From contig OZ219753.1 in assembly GCA_964291315.2 (NCBI GenBank), forward strand, positions 1,568,001 to 1,632,000: 64,000 bases of DNA, in the 5' to 3' direction. The DNA comes from Candidatus Poribacteria bacterium. Its GTDB lineage: Bacteria; Poribacteria; WGA-4E; WGA-3G. The stretch's first letter is position 1, and every line of letters begins with the position of its first letter. The translations under genes and the position numbers were made by a program. The notes beneath the pieces are model-generated. The model saw only the letters and a program-made list of their open reading frames with translations, was not told the origin of the DNA and made no database searches. This document shows positions 60,517 through 64,000 of the stretch, in pieces.

Positions 60517-61383
60517 TCACAACGTTTTTTCGAATTCCTTCAGCAGGTTTCGCTGCTTGCGAGACAGCGATTTCGGTATTTCTACGACCAGCCTGACCTT
60601 TAAATCTCCTTTTCGTCCGGAGGCATCCACGGCGCCGCGCCCGCGTAAGCGGAGCTGCTGTCCGGGTTGCGCACCCGCGGGGATCTTTAGCTCGACATTG
60701 TCGGTGAGCGTTTTGATCCGAACAGAACCCCCTAACGCTGCGTCTGTCATAGAGATTTTGGCATCTGTTAGCAGGTCCAAACCGTCGCGTGTCAGGGTGG
60801 GATGAGGCTGCACAGAGACTGTTACCAATAGGTCCCCTGAGGTGCCTATTCCGCGAGATTCGCCTTGTCCTCGGATGCGGAGGGTTTTTCCATCTTCGAT
60901 AGTGGGCGGAATTGTAAGCGTGATCCGTTTTCCTCGGACGTTTACGTCTTTCTTACTGCCTAATACTGCGTCTGAGAAAGGGATAGTGATATTCATACGA
61001 ATATCTCGTCCACGGGCTGGCGTAGTAGTTCGGCGCTGTCCGAATGCGTCGCCGAATGCGTCGCTAAATCCGCCGAGCCCGCCGAACCCGCGTCCAAAAA
61101 TGTCATCTAAATTGAGGTGGGCGAAAATATCATCCGTGGTCCTATAGCCTTCGAAACCCATGTTGTTGACTCCGGCGTGCCCCTGTGTATCATAGACGCG
61201 TCGCTTTTCTGGATCAGAGAGCACAGAATAGGCATTAGAGGCCTCTTTGAACTTCTCTTCTGCTGCTTTATCGCCAGGGTTTTTGTCTGGATGATACCGG
61301 ACTGCAAGTTTGCGATACGCTTTCTTGATTTCGTCTGGCGTGGCTCCTCGGGCTATACCGAGGATTTCATAGTAATCTCTCAT
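60517..61383 (-). CDS. DnaJ-family chaperone without zinc finger (CbpA-like)
   Basis: DYYEILG, YHPDKN J-domain, G/F region and DnaJ C-terminal domains; no CxxCxGxG. Confidence 0.92.
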   Translation of the reverse strand: MRDYYEILGIARGATPDEIKKAYRKLAVRYHPDKNPGDKAAEEKFKEASNAYSVLSDPEKRRVYDTQGHAGVNNMGFEGYRTTDDIFAHLNLDDIFGRGFGGLGGFSDAFGDAFGQRRTTTPARGRDIRMNITIPFSDAVLGSKKDVNVRGKRITLTIPPTIEDGKTLRIRGQGESRGIGTSGDLLVTVSVQPHPTLTRDGLDLLTDAKISMTDAALGGSVRIKTLTDNVELKIPAGAQPGQQLRLRGRGAVDASGRKGDLKVRLVVEIPKSLSRKQRNLLKEFEKTL

Positions 61384-61427
61384 AGTATTTTCTGTGATAA
61401 AGGTTGTGCGGTGTATATCCGATCGAT

Positions 61428-62564
61428 TTAGAGCATCGCAAGAACTGCTGCAATATCATTTAAAGATCGATGCTGTTTTACAAGTGTGGTTCCGAATTGA
61501 AGTGCTGCTCTCTCTACCCGCAGTTTATGGGATATATCAACAATACTTTCTATATCTTTGACGTGGGCCGCCCCGATGAGACGGCGTAGGATCTCCAACC
61601 CTGCAAACCCGATTGCATCGTGAAAGATGCCCTGCAATACTTGTGCTTTCAATTTAGTATCAACTGTTTTAAATTCATCCGTGTAGATATGCCACGTTTG
61701 CATGAGGGCGGTTTTAAGCATCGATTGTACGCTTGCGGTGCCTCGGTGTGAAAAGTAGGATAAGAGGTAATTTGCCCAATAGCATCCGAGGTCAAATCCG
61801 ACGGGGCCGTAGAAGGCAAATTCGGCATCGATAACTTTGGCTGTGTCGTTTTGGACCAAAACGCTCCCTGTATGCAGGTCTCCGTGGGTAACGCCCTGTT
61901 GCGTTGTTAGGAAAATCTGTTTGAGGGACGCTGCCTGCCCCAAAAATTCCGGATCCGTTTTTAATTGTTGAACATCCTGTTCTAAGCCGGGTGTCCAGAA
62001 GTTCGTCTCATGGTCGGTATACGGGAAGGTGAATACATAGTCGGCAGTTATTGCCTGCATAGTTGTATTCGCGAATTGTTGGGCGTAGTGCTGTGCAGTT
62101 GCGGGGTCAAGATTCGCTACATAGGTCTGGCTATGTACAACCCCCATGAATCGTCCGATCTGCTCGGCGATTGCAAGGTCCACCCTGCCTGTGATCAGGT
62201 CGTCCCGTAGGACACGGGCATCTCGGAGGTCTTCCATAGCTATGACGGCTGTTTCCGCATCAAAGCTGTATTGCACAGGCACGGCGCTGCTTGCTAAGCG
62301 GTTGTAGACCTCTAGTGCGCGAGATTCGTAAGTCAACCGTTGGGTGGACAGCGGATACTCGGGCCCCAATATTTTAATATAGGGCGGTGCATATTTAAGG
62401 ACGAGCGAATGCTGTGGGCGCGCCGTGTCCGAGACGCGATAGATTGTGTTGAGGTTTCCATCGCCAATCTCTTCTACGCGCAATTCGGTATCAGCCCGAA
62501 ACATGTGGATATCTGCATGTCGCTGACGCAGGTAACTTGGTAGCGTGGCAAGGTTGATTTCCAT
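61428..62564 (-). CDS. mtnK: S-methyl-5-thioribose kinase
   Basis: [32 protein letters not shown] and RRLIGAAHV. Confidence 0.88.
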   Translation of the reverse strand: MEINLATLPSYLRQRHADIHMFRADTELRVEEIGDGNLNTIYRVSDTARPQHSLVLKYAPPYIKILGPEYPLSTQRLTYESRALEVYNRLASSAVPVQYSFDAETAVIAMEDLRDARVLRDDLITGRVDLAIAEQIGRFMGVVHSQTYVANLDPATAQHYAQQFANTTMQAITADYVFTFPYTDHETNFWTPGLEQDVQQLKTDPEFLGQAASLKQIFLTTQQGVTHGDLHTGSVLVQNDTAKVIDAEFAFYGPVGFDLGCYWANYLLSYFSHRGTASVQSMLKTALMQTWHIYTDEFKTVDTKLKAQVLQGIFHDAIGFAGLEILRRLIGAAHVKDIESIVDISHKLRVERAALQFGTTLVKQHRSLNDIAAVLAML

Positions 62565-62577
62565 ATCTTCCGTAAGT

Positions 62578-63579
62578 TTACAACAGCAGCCCCTCAGCTA
62601 TCTGAATAGCATTTAAGGCGGCACCTTTGCGAAGATTATCTGCGACTACCCATAGGTTCAATCCGTTTTCTATAGAGGTGTCCTCCCGGATGCGCCCGAC
62701 GTAAACGTCATCTTTACCTGCGACATCTACTGCGAGTGGGTACTGCTGGTTGCTCGGATCGTCTATAAGTTTCACACCGGGGGCGGCGGCGAGGCGTTCT
62801 CTGGTTTCAGCGGCTGTGAGTTTTTCGTGCGTTTCAACATTTATCGATTCGGAGTGTGCAAAGAAAACGGGGACTCGGACGGTTGTCGCAGAAACGCCGA
62901 TCGTATCATCTTCAAGTATCTTCCGAGTTTCGTTAACCATTTTAACTTCTTCCTCGTTATCGCCGCTGTCTAAGAAGGGCCAATCAAATGCGACATTGAA
63001 TGCCATTTGGTGCGGGAATTTGTCCAAAGTAACGGGGATACCTGCCAGAGCGTCCTTCGTCTGTTGCACCAATTCTGTGACAGCCTTTCCACTTTTCCCG
63101 GAAACGCTCTGATACGTTGAAATGACAATCCGTTTGATACCGACTGCATCATGAATCGGTTTAAGCGCTAGCATCATTTGGATAGTGGAGCAGTTCGGGT
63201 TGGCGATAAGCCCGTTGTGAGTGTGAGCAGTATCCATGTTGACTTCTGGCACTACCAAAGGGGTCGCCGGATCCATGCGGAAGGCACTTGTGTTGTCAAT
63301 GACAAGCGCACCTTTTTGCACGGCTGTTGGAATAAACTCTCGACTAATCGATGCACCCGCTGACGAAAAGACCACGTCTACATCTTCAAACGACTCGTGC
63401 GTTAATTCTTCAACAACAATCGGATCATTTTTAAACGAGAGAATCTCACCGGCGGAGCGATACGATGCCAAAAGTTTCAGGGAGGCGATAGGAAACCCGC
63501 GTTCTTCTAAAATCTGCAACATAGTGTTGCCAACAGCCCCGGTCGCACCTACGATTGCTACACGATAACTTTCATGCAT
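62578..63579 (-). CDS. asd: Aspartate-semialdehyde dehydrogenase
   Basis: VGATGAVG, DNTSAFRM, ANPNCST, RVPVFFAHS and DNLRKGAALNA. Confidence 0.96.
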   Translation of the reverse strand: MHESYRVAIVGATGAVGNTMLQILEERGFPIASLKLLASYRSAGEILSFKNDPIVVEELTHESFEDVDVVFSSAGASISREFIPTAVQKGALVIDNTSAFRMDPATPLVVPEVNMDTAHTHNGLIANPNCSTIQMMLALKPIHDAVGIKRIVISTYQSVSGKSGKAVTELVQQTKDALAGIPVTLDKFPHQMAFNVAFDWPFLDSGDNEEEVKMVNETRKILEDDTIGVSATTVRVPVFFAHSESINVETHEKLTAAETRERLAAAPGVKLIDDPSNQQYPLAVDVAGKDDVYVGRIREDTSIENGLNLWVVADNLRKGAALNAIQIAEGLLL

Positions 63580-63777
63580 TTTTGATATTGTCCTTTATCT
63601 ATCTGTCTTCCTCAAACAGATCTTTCAGCAAACTTTATTTTTTTATAATATTACCACAAACGTAGCCTTTAAAGCAAATATTTTGGCAAGACGATCGGAA
63701 GAGGTGTGCATCGGAAACTCCGAACAGTAGGGAATTGAGGTAAAAATTCGCTTTAATACAGGTATTTAAAAAAAAAT

Positions 63778-63808
63778 TTGACAAAATTATGGAATGTGTG
63801 GTATTAAT
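63778..63808 (+). promoter_or_regulatory. Sigma70-like promoter
   Basis: A-tract, TTGACA, then TGTGGTATTAAT (imperfect -10, 18-bp spacer). Confidence 0.55.
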
Positions 63809-63813
63809 TTTAA

Positions 63814-63993
63814 TGCTCTTCCGTCAAAGTCCATGTGCTTTAGTTTGCGGGCTGTAGACGGAGACCAAGGGTGTTATTGAAAAAAGGCAGACTTAGCTGC
63901 CGTAAGTGGACTAGTTGTCAGACCTCCCGTCAAAGGAAGGAAACCGACTGCAAGGCCACACAAGCCCCTACCTTCAGGTAGTGGGTACTATGA
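63814..63993 (+). ncRNA. Putative structured RNA ending in an IS200/IS605-type terminal hairpin
   Basis: Several complementary segments, TGTCAGACC motif, terminal caagcccctaccttcaggtagtgggtac; downstream context is cut by the window edge. Confidence 0.5.
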
Positions 63994-64000
63994 TGATATG

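Noticed and set aside
63814-63993. HEARO/IscB omegaRNA on the minus strand
   Set aside because: Only the first hairpin fits; the expected downstream motifs and an iscB ORF are absent, and asd follows instead.

Overview
Bacterial chromosomal window of about 48 CDSs, mostly scattered housekeeping and accessory genes (acs, nfuA, mrp/apbC, aspartate aminotransferase, dnaJ-family, mtnK, asd, tRNA-Leu(CAG), ABC/TolC exporter parts, several Gfo/Idh/MocA oxidoreductases, PhyH dioxygenases, a sulfatase and a LamG protein). This mix, and the LamG C-terminal motif, resemble Candidatus Poribacteria (inference only). Four separate nuclease/methylase loci lie between ordinary genes. The main oddities are: (1) a 3360-aa polyvalent-type protein with NADAR, DprA/SMF(SLOG) and DUF488 domains, whose C-terminal HsdR-N-like nuclease module, leader and 3' flank are duplicated in the neighbouring OB-fold/nuclease gene; (2) two highly structured intergenic RNAs behind sigma70-like promoters that end in IS200/IS605 right-end-like hairpins, share ordered motifs and have no tnpB/tnpA in the window; (3) a sigma70 factor whose region 1.2 helix is tandemly amplified. 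All family assignments are by-eye motif recognition; no database search or folding was run. No CRISPR array, rRNA, integrase or transposase was seen.
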